44,128 nt of DNA from a virus: UHGV virus genome UHGV-0242779. The stretch is one strand, 5' to 3'. The notes below the pieces were generated by a model, which saw only the letters and a list, made by a program, of their open reading frames with translations, did not search any database and had not been told where the DNA came from. Positions within the stretch are counted from its first letter, which is position 1, and the number at the start of each line of letters is the position of its first letter. This document shows, in pieces, positions 8,428-17,213 of the stretch. The position numbers and the translations under genes were made by a program.

Positions 8428-10491
8428 TTATTGGCCTTTCTTTTTCCAGATCCGGTTAGTTGCGTATCTGGTAGCATCAATGCAGTGATCATTTCCATCG
8501 GGGTAGCCGCTGATCACGTTGCCGTCCTTATCACGCTCATACTCGTAATCCATAAATTCCTGTGCTGCTACTGGGCACCGGACGTTATCAATGACAACCT
8601 CCCGCAAGGACTGAAGCCATTTGAAAGAATACTCTCGGCTTCCCGGGCCCTTCTCCGCCTCCCGTGCCAGCAAACCATAAGCGCGATAATCGCCAACTGA
8701 CTTGTTTTCAGCACTGTCGCAGGTAATCAGATCATTTCCGGTAATTCCCATTTCAATCAGTTTATCCGCCGTCTGCCGGTTGCTCTGCTTGTTACAGGTG
8801 TACTCCTGCCAGATATAGAGAGTATGGCGTGCCGGATCATAATTCGTACGCACAAAAGCAAACAGATCAGGATACCAGCCCCAGTCAACACCGTTAAGAA
8901 CATGATCGAACTGAGCTATCTCATCATCCGTTATCTCTCTAATAGTCACATTGTCAAAGACACTGCCACCACTGCCGTTAGCGACACCCAGGTATTCATT
9001 TTCGTAAGCGTCTGGGTTCGTTTCCTTCAGGAAGTATGCTTCATCAAGAAATGGCTTTCCCAACCATTTAGGCGGTACCTGCAAATAATTGCTTTCAGTG
9101 ACTAGCCTGGAAGCCTTCGGTACCTTGATATACTTATTGGCCCAGTTGTTGGATGTCTTTGGCGGGTTAAATGATTTAAAAATATATGCCACATCACCTC
9201 CACGAATAACCGACTGCTCAATCTTGCGGACCGACTCCGGGCCTGCGAACTGATCCAACTCCTCTAGCCATAGGATACCAATATAGCCAAACGGAACCTT
9301 TATAGATTTTACTTTGCCCGGATCATCGGCACCACGAAAATATATCTTCTGCCCGGTACTGATTCGGGTAATCTCCATAGGGTTGAAAGTTGCGTGAAAC
9401 TCCTCTTTTATATCTAGCGCCTCAATAGCCCATAAGATCTGTTGGTACACAGATCCACGCAGAGTATCCGCCACCTGACGCATGACAACAGCGTGCATCT
9501 GCTCATTTTGCATAATCAGGTCTATGATCTCAAAGCTGATAAAAGATGACTTCGTGGATCCACGGCCTCCGGGGAATACATACTCTGTATGGCCGTGTTC
9601 CTGAATATCAAAAACAACCGGCGCAAATACTGGGGCCACCATATTAGATGGAATGCCCGCATACTTGACCGGTTGGTCATTGTCTAAATTTGGTTGTAAT
9701 GCATCGACCTGGGCCTTCAGGTGTGCAATCTTTGCCCGCTGCTCTTCCGTTGCCAGATCCATATGAGCCGTCAACCACTCCAGTGCCTTCATGCGGTCCG
9801 CAAGCTTTATACTGGCTCCGTCTTTTCCCTGCTTAACTTCTGTAATCAGTGTTCCGTCCACCTCAGATGATTCCTTGAAACGAACGGTATTAACTTCTTT
9901 CATGAGTGGGATTTTCTCTTCTGTTTCCGGGTCCTCAACCTGTATTGGGCCGAACGCCCCCATCACCTGTACTTCTTCACGCCCAAATGATATGTAATCC
10001 GTGATATCAGAAAACGCTATATCCATGTACTTCTGGAAGATATCGTGTTCGTCCAGCATCTCACGGTTCATTCGGTTCTGCTTCAGTCGGGTGATTTCGT
10101 CTCTGACCTTTGGATTTCTTAGTAGTTTGCAGCCTTCTACCATTGCGGTTTCATAACTGCTACCATATGCTTTCAGATACGATTTCGTTGCATTAAAGCA
10201 TCTTACGTAATGAATACAAAAAAGCCGTTGCTTATCGGTAAGGTCAGGATTTTCTATTACCTGCATCACCTCTTCAGCAACAGCTTTCTTTTTTTCTTTC
10301 CGAACGTTCGCTTTCTTTTCTGAGCGCTCGCTTTTCTTTTCCGAACGTTCGCTTTCCCAATTATATGTTGATTTCCACCGCCGTACCGTTCCCTGTGGCA
10401 GATTTAGTTCATTTGCAATCTCCACTAACTTTTTCCCAGAGTGAAACATTACCTCTGCCTGTTTCACCCTCTGATCTGGCGCTCTTGCCAT
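8428..10491 (-). CDS. fused terminase small + large subunit (PBSX-type TerL)
   Basis: RBS GAGGTGA before ATG 10491; N-terminal HTH and LTDKQRLFC..Y...NAT (TerS); Walker A GGRGSTKS, Walker B ILWLEE, nuclease GVDWG and DHCIDATRY; no stop between the two parts. Confidence 0.9.
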   Translation of the reverse strand: MARAPDQRVKQAEVMFHSGKKLVEIANELNLPQGTVRRWKSTYNWESERSEKKSERSEKKANVRKEKKKAVAEEVMQVIENPDLTDKQRLFCIHYVRCFNATKSYLKAYGSSYETAMVEGCKLLRNPKVRDEITRLKQNRMNREMLDEHDIFQKYMDIAFSDITDYISFGREEVQVMGAFGPIQVEDPETEEKIPLMKEVNTVRFKESSEVDGTLITEVKQGKDGASIKLADRMKALEWLTAHMDLATEEQRAKIAHLKAQVDALQPNLDNDQPVKYAGIPSNMVAPVFAPVVFDIQEHGHTEYVFPGGRGSTKSSFISFEIIDLIMQNEQMHAVVMRQVADTLRGSVYQQILWAIEALDIKEEFHATFNPMEITRISTGQKIYFRGADDPGKVKSIKVPFGYIGILWLEELDQFAGPESVRKIEQSVIRGGDVAYIFKSFNPPKTSNNWANKYIKVPKASRLVTESNYLQVPPKWLGKPFLDEAYFLKETNPDAYENEYLGVANGSGGSVFDNVTIREITDDEIAQFDHVLNGVDWGWYPDLFAFVRTNYDPARHTLYIWQEYTCNKQSNRQTADKLIEMGITGNDLITCDSAENKSVGDYRAYGLLAREAEKGPGSREYSFKWLQSLREVVIDNVRCPVAAQEFMDYEYERDKDGNVISGYPDGNDHCIDATRYATNRIWKKKGQ

Positions 10492-10577
10492 GGTGTCACC
10501 TCTATTCTGCATAAAATAAAGGCACCCGTTTGCCGCCGGATGCCTATTACAAGAAGAAACAAAAAATGAAAGAACAA

Positions 10578-10658
10578 GTGGACCACCCGGATTCGAACCG
10601 GGGCGCATTCCCTTCCTGTAGTCGGTGAATGTCCATCTGCCATTAATGGTATGCTCCA
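10578..10658 (-). tRNA. tRNA-like cloverleaf with an enlarged anticodon loop (degenerate tRNA or tRNA mimic)
   Basis: acceptor TGGAGCA/TGGTCCA (one mismatch), D-arm CCAT-TAATGGCAG-ATGG, stem CATTC/GAATG enclosing 16 nt, T-arm CCCGG-TTCGAAT-CCGGG. Confidence 0.6.
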
Positions 10659-10780
10659 CATAATACCGGATCGTCTCCGGTATTGCCCTTATTGATTTTA
10701 TAAGGTCTATTAAGGGGGAACTTTTAGACCTTGCCGTAAAAGCGTGTCACGGTTGTGTTTAATTGATACACTTTTCTCAT

Positions 10781-10830
10781 TTTAAATTATAGCACATTTA
10801 GGTGTGACAAACGTGACAATTTACTTGACA
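10781..10830 (-). promoter_or_regulatory. activator-dependent late promoter
   Basis: extended -10 TGCTATAAT preceded by TGTCAC direct repeats, at the 3' end of the activator gene and upstream of terminase; near-identical copy at 37531-37559. Confidence 0.7.
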
Positions 10831-11273
10831 CGCATAAATCTTGAAAATTTTTGCCTACAAGTTTCTGCCGTGTATCCTTCTCCCATGGCATCAGCTACTT
10901 CTTTCCAGCTTTTCCGGTCGATGCAGTAGAATAATAATATATTTCTCATTTCACTATCATGAATAGAGTATATGTATTCCTCTGCATCAATCACCATGCT
11001 GTCGAGTTCTGCCACATGTAGCTCTTTCTTTGCCTTACGTTCGCGCAGCTTAACTCTTTTCCTGTTAATGAGCGTATTATCTTTGTTCCCATGAATAACA
11101 CACCTCCCTAGCGGTTTTCTCCCACGCTTTCCCTTCGTAACAACGTCGCTCACCTCTCTATGCCTGGGAGGCATTGCTTTTATTTCTGATTCTAATATTT
11201 TTATTCTTTTTTCCTCTCCCTCTATTTCCGTGAGAAGGCTTGCGCACTGCCGTAATATGCTCTTATCCATCAT
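10821..11273 (-). CDS. late transcriptional activator (RinA/ArpU-like, C-terminal HTH)
   Basis: C-terminal RNILLFYCIDRKSWKEVADAMG HTH; last early gene before terminase. Confidence 0.7.
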   Translation of the reverse strand: MMDKSILRQCASLLTEIEGEEKRIKILESEIKAMPPRHREVSDVVTKGKRGRKPLGRCVIHGNKDNTLINRKRVKLRERKAKKELHVAELDSMVIDAEEYIYSIHDSEMRNILLFYCIDRKSWKEVADAMGEGYTAETCRQKFSRFMRVK

Positions 11274-11279
11274 TACCTC

Positions 11280-12371
11280 CTATGCCGCGAATAGCTCATG
11301 TACCTGTTTCATGGAATCATCGTCGTCGATTATATAACACTCCGATGTCGTATTGATATTGCTATGTCCGAGAATGCGCTGGATATCCTTAATTGACGCC
11401 CCATGCCTGGACATATATGTGGCAAGGTATGCCCGGAACATGTGCGGGTGGAGATTAAGCCCTGCAAGCCGCTTATCAGACTCCACAATCGCGTTAAGCA
11501 TATGCCGGATACTATCATCACTCAGCCGTGTGTATATCCCGCCCTTGCGGCGGAAATTGAGGAACAATGCCGGCTCACAATCCGTAATCTGCCTGCGCTC
11601 TGCCAAATACTCCTCCAGGTGTACCAGCGCCCGCGGTGTGAAGAATGCCGGCCGCTCCTTGCGCCCCTTGCCGTATATGATGCATTTCCCGGCTCTGATA
11701 TCAATATCGTTAAGGTCAAGCCCTACAAGCTCACTCACACGCATTCCCGTCGCAATCAGTACCTCAACGACCGCCCTATCTCGTACCGTCTGGCAATCGC
11801 ACCGGATTATCTCCGCCTGCTCGTCTGTTAGTACTGTGCGTATCTTCTTTTCTGTCTTAACCTTGTTGATCTTGTCCATAGGATTCTTCTTCGGCTTCCG
11901 TGCCAGGCTGCCGCCGTCCTCAATCAAATCCTCCGACATGATCCACCGGTAGAAAGATTGCAGAGCGTGATACTTATTATTGATTGTCGTATCGCTGTTA
12001 TGTTTAACAATCTGCCTCCAGGACAGGTACGCCCTTACGTCGTTGGTTGTTATATCTGCATAATGCTTTCTGCACCACTCGAAAAAGTTTCTGAGCTCCC
12101 CGCGATAGTTCTCAATTGTCCCAGTGGTTCGTTTTTCAAGCTGCATACACCGAAGCCACATTTCAACCACACGTGGAGTGTCGTCAATGTACTCCGTCGG
12201 GAGCTGCCGACCGTTGTGATCGTCTGCTAATATAGTCTTGTCCATCAGGTTCATATATAGAGCCGCTTTTACTTGATTAAGCCGTTCCTGCTCCGCCCAC
12301 ATGTCCATACTTGCCATCAATGTTTCCATCACCGTCATAACAAAATTGTCTGTATTAATCGCTGTCTGCAT
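11280..12371 (-). CDS. XerC/D-like tyrosine recombinase (second recombinase, not the integrase)
   Basis: SAM-like N-domain; catalytic R (TGMRVSEL), K (GKGRKER), HxxR (HPHMFR), LGH, Y (TTSECY). Confidence 0.9.
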   Translation of the reverse strand: MQTAINTDNFVMTVMETLMASMDMWAEQERLNQVKAALYMNLMDKTILADDHNGRQLPTEYIDDTPRVVEMWLRCMQLEKRTTGTIENYRGELRNFFEWCRKHYADITTNDVRAYLSWRQIVKHNSDTTINNKYHALQSFYRWIMSEDLIEDGGSLARKPKKNPMDKINKVKTEKKIRTVLTDEQAEIIRCDCQTVRDRAVVEVLIATGMRVSELVGLDLNDIDIRAGKCIIYGKGRKERPAFFTPRALVHLEEYLAERRQITDCEPALFLNFRRKGGIYTRLSDDSIRHMLNAIVESDKRLAGLNLHPHMFRAYLATYMSRHGASIKDIQRILGHSNINTTSECYIIDDDDSMKQVHELFAA

Positions 12372-12403
12372 ATTATAATCCTCCTCATGGTATGATTTTC
12401 CAG

Positions 12404-12490
12404 TTGATTTATCATGCCTGAGTCGGTTATAATATACTCAGGCAATAGCTAAGCGGTGGCGCATATCTTCCAGGATATCCACCGCTTTTT
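12404..12490 (+). ncRNA. candidate antisense sRNA in the recombinase leader
   Basis: TTGATT-N18-TATAAT, inverted repeat TGCCTGAGT/ACTCAGGCA over the -10, terminator AAGCGGTGG...CCACCGCTT+T run; no ORF. Confidence 0.5.
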
Positions 12491-12498
12491 ATTTGTTT

Positions 12499-12512
12499 CG
12501 ATCATATGTTCT
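12499..12512. promoter_or_regulatory. LexA-box-like motif upstream of the recombinase
   Basis: CGATCATATGTTCT, one mismatch to the Firmicutes GAAC-N4-GTTC box. Confidence 0.35.
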
Positions 12513-12525
12513 CTTCTCAAGTTTT

Positions 12526-12816
12526 TTATTTCCGGGGATTTCTCCCCGGATTCTTTCTCTTTCGCTGCCTCATCTGCAATACCAGGTCCGGCCATAGTAC
12601 GCTATCCAATACGCCACTCGGCAACCGCACCAGCGCAAAACGCTTATACTTCTCCACGATCTCCGCCTTGTGTTCTTCTCCTGTGTGCCCCATTGCTTCC
12701 ACGCCCTGGGCCTTGTAGGTATGTACCGTTACCGTGCGGCTGATCCGGTAATACCGCTGTGCGGCCTGTATCTCCTTCTGGGTTATGTACCCTTTCGGGA
12801 TTTCTTGATGTTTCAA
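12526..12816 (-). CDS. hypothetical protein
   Basis: 96-aa ORF in the early operon, RBS GGAGG, overlaps upstream stop. Confidence 0.6.
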   Translation of the reverse strand: MKHQEIPKGYITQKEIQAAQRYYRISRTVTVHTYKAQGVEAMGHTGEEHKAEIVEKYKRFALVRLPSGVLDSVLWPDLVLQMRQRKRKNPGRNPRK

Positions 12817-13031
12817 TTTATGTACCTCCTGACCTCTTCGACTGCGTCATACCATCCGCGTGTATACAGTATATGGTATTCGTGAGGCAGTTCCATGCCA
12901 TTTATGCGCTCACGTATCTCTGCCAGGCGCATTCGCAACGCCTCATTCTCCTGCATTAGATCATCACAGTGCTTTTTATATTCGTCGCATTTGTTACATC
13001 CTCTTATTTTACAGCTTGTGTTGTCTATCAC
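12813..13031 (-). CDS. hypothetical Cys-rich/coiled-coil protein
   Basis: RBS AAGGAGG, GTG start. Confidence 0.6.
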   Translation of the reverse strand: MIDNTSCKIRGCNKCDEYKKHCDDLMQENEALRMRLAEIRERINGMELPHEYHILYTRGWYDAVEEVRRYIN

Positions 13032-13058
13032 GTTTCAAACCTCCTTCATATTACGATT

Positions 13059-13334
13059 TTACTCGCAAAACTCATGGATCGCCCAAAAGGGAAAAGTAAC
13101 AATCCATAATATAATCATCACGATTCTTAATAAAAATCCGATTGCCACCTGAAGTATACATTTTAGCAAATCACTTACCTTCAACATCCTTCTGTGGTGT
13201 ACTCTCCATAAATGAATTTCATGTTTTAATGCGTGTAACGGGTGTATAAATATCTGGTTCAAATCATTCCCTTTTATCGATATTTCCTTTCCGCAAACAG
13301 AACAATATGAACTCACCTTATTTGTTTTGAACAC
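13059..13334 (-). CDS. hypothetical protein with CxxC and C-terminal membrane helix
   Basis: AT-rich cassette-like gene; CSVC; hydrophobic C-terminus. Confidence 0.6.
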   Translation of the reverse strand: MFKTNKVSSYCSVCGKEISIKGNDLNQIFIHPLHALKHEIHLWRVHHRRMLKVSDLLKCILQVAIGFLLRIVMIILWIVTFPFWAIHEFCE

Positions 13335-13357
13335 TGATTTTCCCCTTCTTTCTCGAT

Positions 13358-13933
13358 TTAGTCATCTCTCAAACGAGCCGGTAAAACAATTTTTAAATTC
13401 TCCCGCTCTCCCTTTCTTCCCGTTCTGATAATCACTGGGGATACAGAGTCGTATATATCTATCTTCGCCATTTTTTTATCAGAATCGTAGGTGCTAATGG
13501 AATCCAGTGCGTCTTTTAAGTACTTTGCGTTAATCCCTATCGTAATCATTTTCTCTTTTTCTTGATATTCCTTCAGTATCTTGTCAACAGGATAGTACTG
13601 GCCTTCCGGCTGCACATATCCCATGATTGACTCTCCCACCTGCACATACAGCCGGCTATTACTCACTTCCAATTCCGCATAGTTATCGCGTTTTGTGATC
13701 TTCGGAATTGTTGGCCTTATGTAACAGGTAAATGATTCGTCAGCTTCTACCAGCTCCGCATATTCAATCGAGATTCTGTGGCCCTCTAACGCTGTGGCCC
13801 GGATTACTTTTTCTTTCGCGTCGATTTCTAAGTATGTCCACCGCATTAACTCCGAGAGCGTTCCGTCACCCACAAATCGCTTTGTATTATCAATAATTCG
13901 TTTAAATTCTCCAGCGCATATTTTTGCCTTCAA
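13358..13933 (-). CDS. truncated DNA polymerase III beta-clamp-like protein
   Basis: DnaN-like motifs ATALEGHRI, EGQYYPVDKI, IGINAKYLKDAL, IVLPARL; TTG start after GAGGAGG. Confidence 0.6.
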   Translation of the reverse strand: MKAKICAGEFKRIIDNTKRFVGDGTLSELMRWTYLEIDAKEKVIRATALEGHRISIEYAELVEADESFTCYIRPTIPKITKRDNYAELEVSNSRLYVQVGESIMGYVQPEGQYYPVDKILKEYQEKEKMITIGINAKYLKDALDSISTYDSDKKMAKIDIYDSVSPVIIRTGRKGERENLKIVLPARLRDD

Positions 13934-13938
13934 TTTCT

Positions 13939-14199
13939 TTCCTCCTCTACATGATCTAATCAATTATGTCTCGTGGGTCTAATTCTTTTTCGTATTTCAT
14001 TCCACAAATCGGGCATTTTGAAAGTAGGATGGGAACTTCCCTTTCTCTCTTCTTCCCCGGCTCTCTGGCAGTGAAAGATATATATACTCTCCCTGACAAA
14101 ATTTCAACGGGTGGCTGTACATGTTCATATCCCTTTTCTTCCAGCCTTTTTTTCATGTCATATATGCAATTACACATTCCGTTCCTCCTCTAAATGATC
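13939..14199. repeat. 17/18-bp direct repeat flanking a single gene
   Basis: TTCCTCCTCTACATGATC (13939-13956) vs TTCCTCCTCTAAATGATC (14182-14199). Confidence 0.75.
13956..14177 (-). CDS. small zinc-binding protein (CxC...CPxC)
   Basis: MCNC...CPICG; RBS GAGGAGG. Confidence 0.65.
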   Translation of the reverse strand: MCNCIYDMKKRLEEKGYEHVQPPVEILSGRVYISFTAREPGKKREREVPILLSKCPICGMKYEKELDPRDIID

Positions 14200-14205
14200 G
14201 TTTTG

Positions 14206-15576
14206 TTAAGCAAACCGTAGTTGTTCGTGGCTGTCGTCGATCCTCATATTCGGCATTCTTTCGCCGACTTTGAGATACGGACAGTTTGCAGATACCAGTG
14301 CCTGCGCCATTATCGGCACCACGCTATTCCCGATCCGCGCCACCTGTTCCCCGACGGGGTACGGCTTGCCCTCTATGTCATGGTTAAGTATGTAATCCTC
14401 CGGAAATCCCTGCATTCTCTTAAGTTCCTCTGGTTTCAGCATACGGAGGAAGATATCTTTCAAGATATACTGTTCTCCATCTATGTCCGTTATCACATTT
14501 ACTAACCCGAATCTATCCTTTGTTGTTATCGTTCCCAACGGCCGCCCAGCTTCCTGACCGCAACCAGTACCGTAATACTTAATCAAGAATGCAGATATAA
14601 GCCCGAAATGCCCCGGTGATGTGGTGATGGTATGTAATGGCTCCTCGCACATCTGGCCTGTCCCGGATTTATAAAATTTAGTGACAAATGCCGTAACCAG
14701 ACCATACCGGTTGCTGGTATCAATTGTCTTTATCGGCTCCGTCAGCAGTTGGCCGCGCGAATCACCTTCCCGTGTTTCTCCGTGATACTGGATCATAAAG
14801 GAAACGGCGCTCTGATTGTTAACTATGTACGGTTGCGGATTGTTAACAACATACTTAACGTATCCGTTTGCTATCCGTTTCATGGTGGCATCTGCCAGCG
14901 GCCGTGGACGGTCAAATATGGAACGCCCCAAATCTGACCAATCAATATAATCCCCACATTCCAGCCACTTCAGCCGGCCATCTGCTCCGCTCTTACTGTG
15001 TGTTGGCTCCGGCCATGTAATCACATTCCCGTCTCTGCGGAAGATTGCATACCATCGCTTCCGCGTTGTCGGCGCTCCGTAATCTGCCGCTACCAGTTCC
15101 CGGCTGTCAAAATCATATCCCAATCGTTTCATGGCCGCTATGAATCGTTTGTAGTCCTCTCCGGCTCTTTCTTTTATTGGGTGCCCTGCCTCGTCTAGCG
15201 GTCCCCACTGCTGTATTTCCTCGACGTTTTCCATCAAGATAACATCGGGAAGAATTGCTTTAGCGTGCTTGTACACCGCCCATGGCAGAATTCTAAGCCC
15301 CTTGTTACGCGGCTGACCTCCTTTTGCCTTGCTATGACTGGTACAATCTGGAGAGGCCCACATAAGTGCTACATGGCGGCCAGCAACATACTTTTTAAGA
15401 TCGACCTTAAATATATCCTCGGTCAGATGCAGCGTATCCGGATGATTGACTTTGTGCATCCGAATCGCCTGCGGATCATGATTGATAGCTATATCAACCG
15501 GCCGCCCCAGTGCCATTTCTATACCCACACTTGCCCCGCCGCCACCGGCAAAGCAATCTATAATCAAACCGCTCAT
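14206..15576 (-). CDS. DNA (cytosine-5) methyltransferase
   Basis: motif I DCFAGGGG, catalytic SPDC, ENV, RxR, C-terminal GNSV. Confidence 0.92.
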   Translation of the reverse strand: MSGLIIDCFAGGGGASVGIEMALGRPVDIAINHDPQAIRMHKVNHPDTLHLTEDIFKVDLKKYVAGRHVALMWASPDCTSHSKAKGGQPRNKGLRILPWAVYKHAKAILPDVILMENVEEIQQWGPLDEAGHPIKERAGEDYKRFIAAMKRLGYDFDSRELVAADYGAPTTRKRWYAIFRRDGNVITWPEPTHSKSGADGRLKWLECGDYIDWSDLGRSIFDRPRPLADATMKRIANGYVKYVVNNPQPYIVNNQSAVSFMIQYHGETREGDSRGQLLTEPIKTIDTSNRYGLVTAFVTKFYKSGTGQMCEEPLHTITTSPGHFGLISAFLIKYYGTGCGQEAGRPLGTITTKDRFGLVNVITDIDGEQYILKDIFLRMLKPEELKRMQGFPEDYILNHDIEGKPYPVGEQVARIGNSVVPIMAQALVSANCPYLKVGERMPNMRIDDSHEQLRFA

Positions 15577-16394
15577 GGTCTCACCTCCAGAAAGTCTTTT
15601 ATGCTCATCTGCCCTGCAGGGGCAAAATTCATCCACAACACTTCACGCTTCTTTGATGCGATTTGGGAATAGCAGTCAGTTTCTACACGGTACCAATCGT
15701 GTAAGCTGTCATTATACAACTCGCTATCATATCCACTAATTAGTACCGGCCCCTTATGGGCGTGAAGAACTTCCAGTAATTCAGTTTGCGCCCCGTTGTC
15801 CATCTCATACCGGTACTGTTTCCCGTGCCTGGCCGATAAAACATATGGCGGGTCCGCATAGATCAATACATTGGAATGGTTGAAGCGTTTGATTAATTCC
15901 ACGGCCGGCATGTTTTCAATTTGCACGCCTCGCAGCCTTTCAGCGGCCGCCATTATTTTCTCAGGCAGATTACACCAATCTTTCGCAGCATAGGCCCGCT
16001 CTCTGCCTTGTACGTCGTTCTTCCAGCCCACCTTTTCGCCATTGGTCCGGAACCCGTGTCCCATATTAAGCCGTATGTAGAAATTCACTGCCCGTCCAAA
16101 ACTGTCCTCTGGTACCGATTCAAACGCTGAATCGTATACCTGCCTTGCGTAAGGCGTGTAATATATTTCCCGTGCTAGGCGCTCCGGGTCTTTCCTGATC
16201 CACTCAAACAAGTTTACAACGTTTCCGTCGAGGTCGTTTACAGTCTCGATATTGGACCGCGGCTTATTGAATAGCACTGCGCCGCTACCGAAAAACGGTT
16301 CAATGTAGCTGTGGTGCTGCGGAAAATAACTGATAATCCAATCCGCTATACTCCATTTACTGCCTGGGTATTTCATAATTGCTTTCATTTTCAA
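15573..16394 (-). CDS. DNA adenine methyltransferase (Dam/D12 class)
   Basis: KYPGSK, YIEPFFGSGAV, VNDLD, DPPY. Confidence 0.92.
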   Translation of the reverse strand: MKMKAIMKYPGSKWSIADWIISYFPQHHSYIEPFFGSGAVLFNKPRSNIETVNDLDGNVVNLFEWIRKDPERLAREIYYTPYARQVYDSAFESVPEDSFGRAVNFYIRLNMGHGFRTNGEKVGWKNDVQGRERAYAAKDWCNLPEKIMAAAERLRGVQIENMPAVELIKRFNHSNVLIYADPPYVLSARHGKQYRYEMDNGAQTELLEVLHAHKGPVLISGYDSELYNDSLHDWYRVETDCYSQIASKKREVLWMNFAPAGQMSIKDFLEVRP

Positions 16395-16462
16395 AAAAGG
16401 AACCCGGCGCGCCTGTTTTCCGGAAAGGTTCCAGCTCCTTTCTTAATCGGTCAAATATCAGT

Positions 16463-16708
16463 TTAATGAATTATCGCCTGCCCACATGAAGAACATCTTC
16501 CTGCATTTACACAATCTTCTGTGGTCGATTCTCCGCAATTCGGACAAGGATAAAAACCATTCCCGTATTCGCATGTCTTGTAAACATCTTTTTGCATAGA
16601 AGCTGTGGCAATTTTATATGCTTCTTCGATATCAGAAAAACTTTCTCCCTCATTTGGAATAGTCGTTTTTCTACTTATAATTTCTATGGCTTTTTCAATA
16701 TCCATCAT
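16463..16708 (-). CDS. hypothetical Zn-ribbon protein
   Basis: RBS GAGGAGG; CPNC...CSSCGQ. Confidence 0.65.
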   Translation of the reverse strand: MMDIEKAIEIISRKTTIPNEGESFSDIEEAYKIATASMQKDVYKTCEYGNGFYPCPNCGESTTEDCVNAGRCSSCGQAIIH

Positions 16709-16727
16709 GATCCTCCTCTCGGAAATA

Positions 16728-16994
16728 TTAATTTTTTGAAGCAAATAATGTTTCATATTCTTCATTTAGTTTCTTGCAGTATTCATCAAATACAAAAGTG
16801 TCAGCACAGCTAAAAGTAATCTTAGTTCCACTACTATTTGCATTATTAATTCTTGTTGCAACGAATCCTTTTCTAGCTTCTTCAACCTTTGCAGCGTAAA
16901 GCATTTTATTATATTTATCTCGATCTTCTTCAAAAAGTTTTTTTGTCATCGATCTGAAATTCATTTGATATCCTGATACTGATATTCCACTCAC
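16728..16994 (-). CDS. hypothetical protein (AT-rich cassette)
   Basis: RBS GGAGG, GTG start. Confidence 0.6.
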   Translation of the reverse strand: MSGISVSGYQMNFRSMTKKLFEEDRDKYNKMLYAAKVEEARKGFVATRINNANSSGTKITFSCADTFVFDEYCKKLNEEYETLFASKN

Positions 16995-17011
16995 TTTTTA
17001 TCCTCCATATC

Positions 17012-17194
17012 TTAATCTTCATATGGTTCTATCTTCAGGTACGTTATCCCCCTAATTGTTTCATTCCCTACTAACACATCAGATGCAGTCAACATACCCG
17101 ATATATCCGCACTTTCTTCCTGCCCTATATCTGCCAAGATGATATCGTCTGGCGGCGCTTTTTTCAGCAGTTCAATTAATTCCCTTACCGTCAT
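17012..17194 (-). CDS. hypothetical protein
   Basis: RBS GAAGGAG; MTVRELIELLKKAPPD N-terminus common in small phage proteins. Confidence 0.65.
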   Translation of the reverse strand: MTVRELIELLKKAPPDDIILADIGQEESADISGMLTASDVLVGNETIRGITYLKIEPYED

Positions 17195-17213
17195 TACTGT
17201 CTCCTTCCGAAAA

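Noticed and set aside
10615..10625. Amber-suppressor tRNA implying stop-codon recoding
   Set aside because: Loop geometry is non-canonical and genes read normally in code 11 with TAG used as a stop.
10492..10659. N-terminal 56 aa of the 743-aa terminase ORF
   Set aside because: Runs through the tRNA-like element and a hairpin; the RBS-supported start is ATG 10491.
11353..11952. 199-aa and 142-aa plus-strand ORFs
   Set aside because: Shadows of the recombinase gene.
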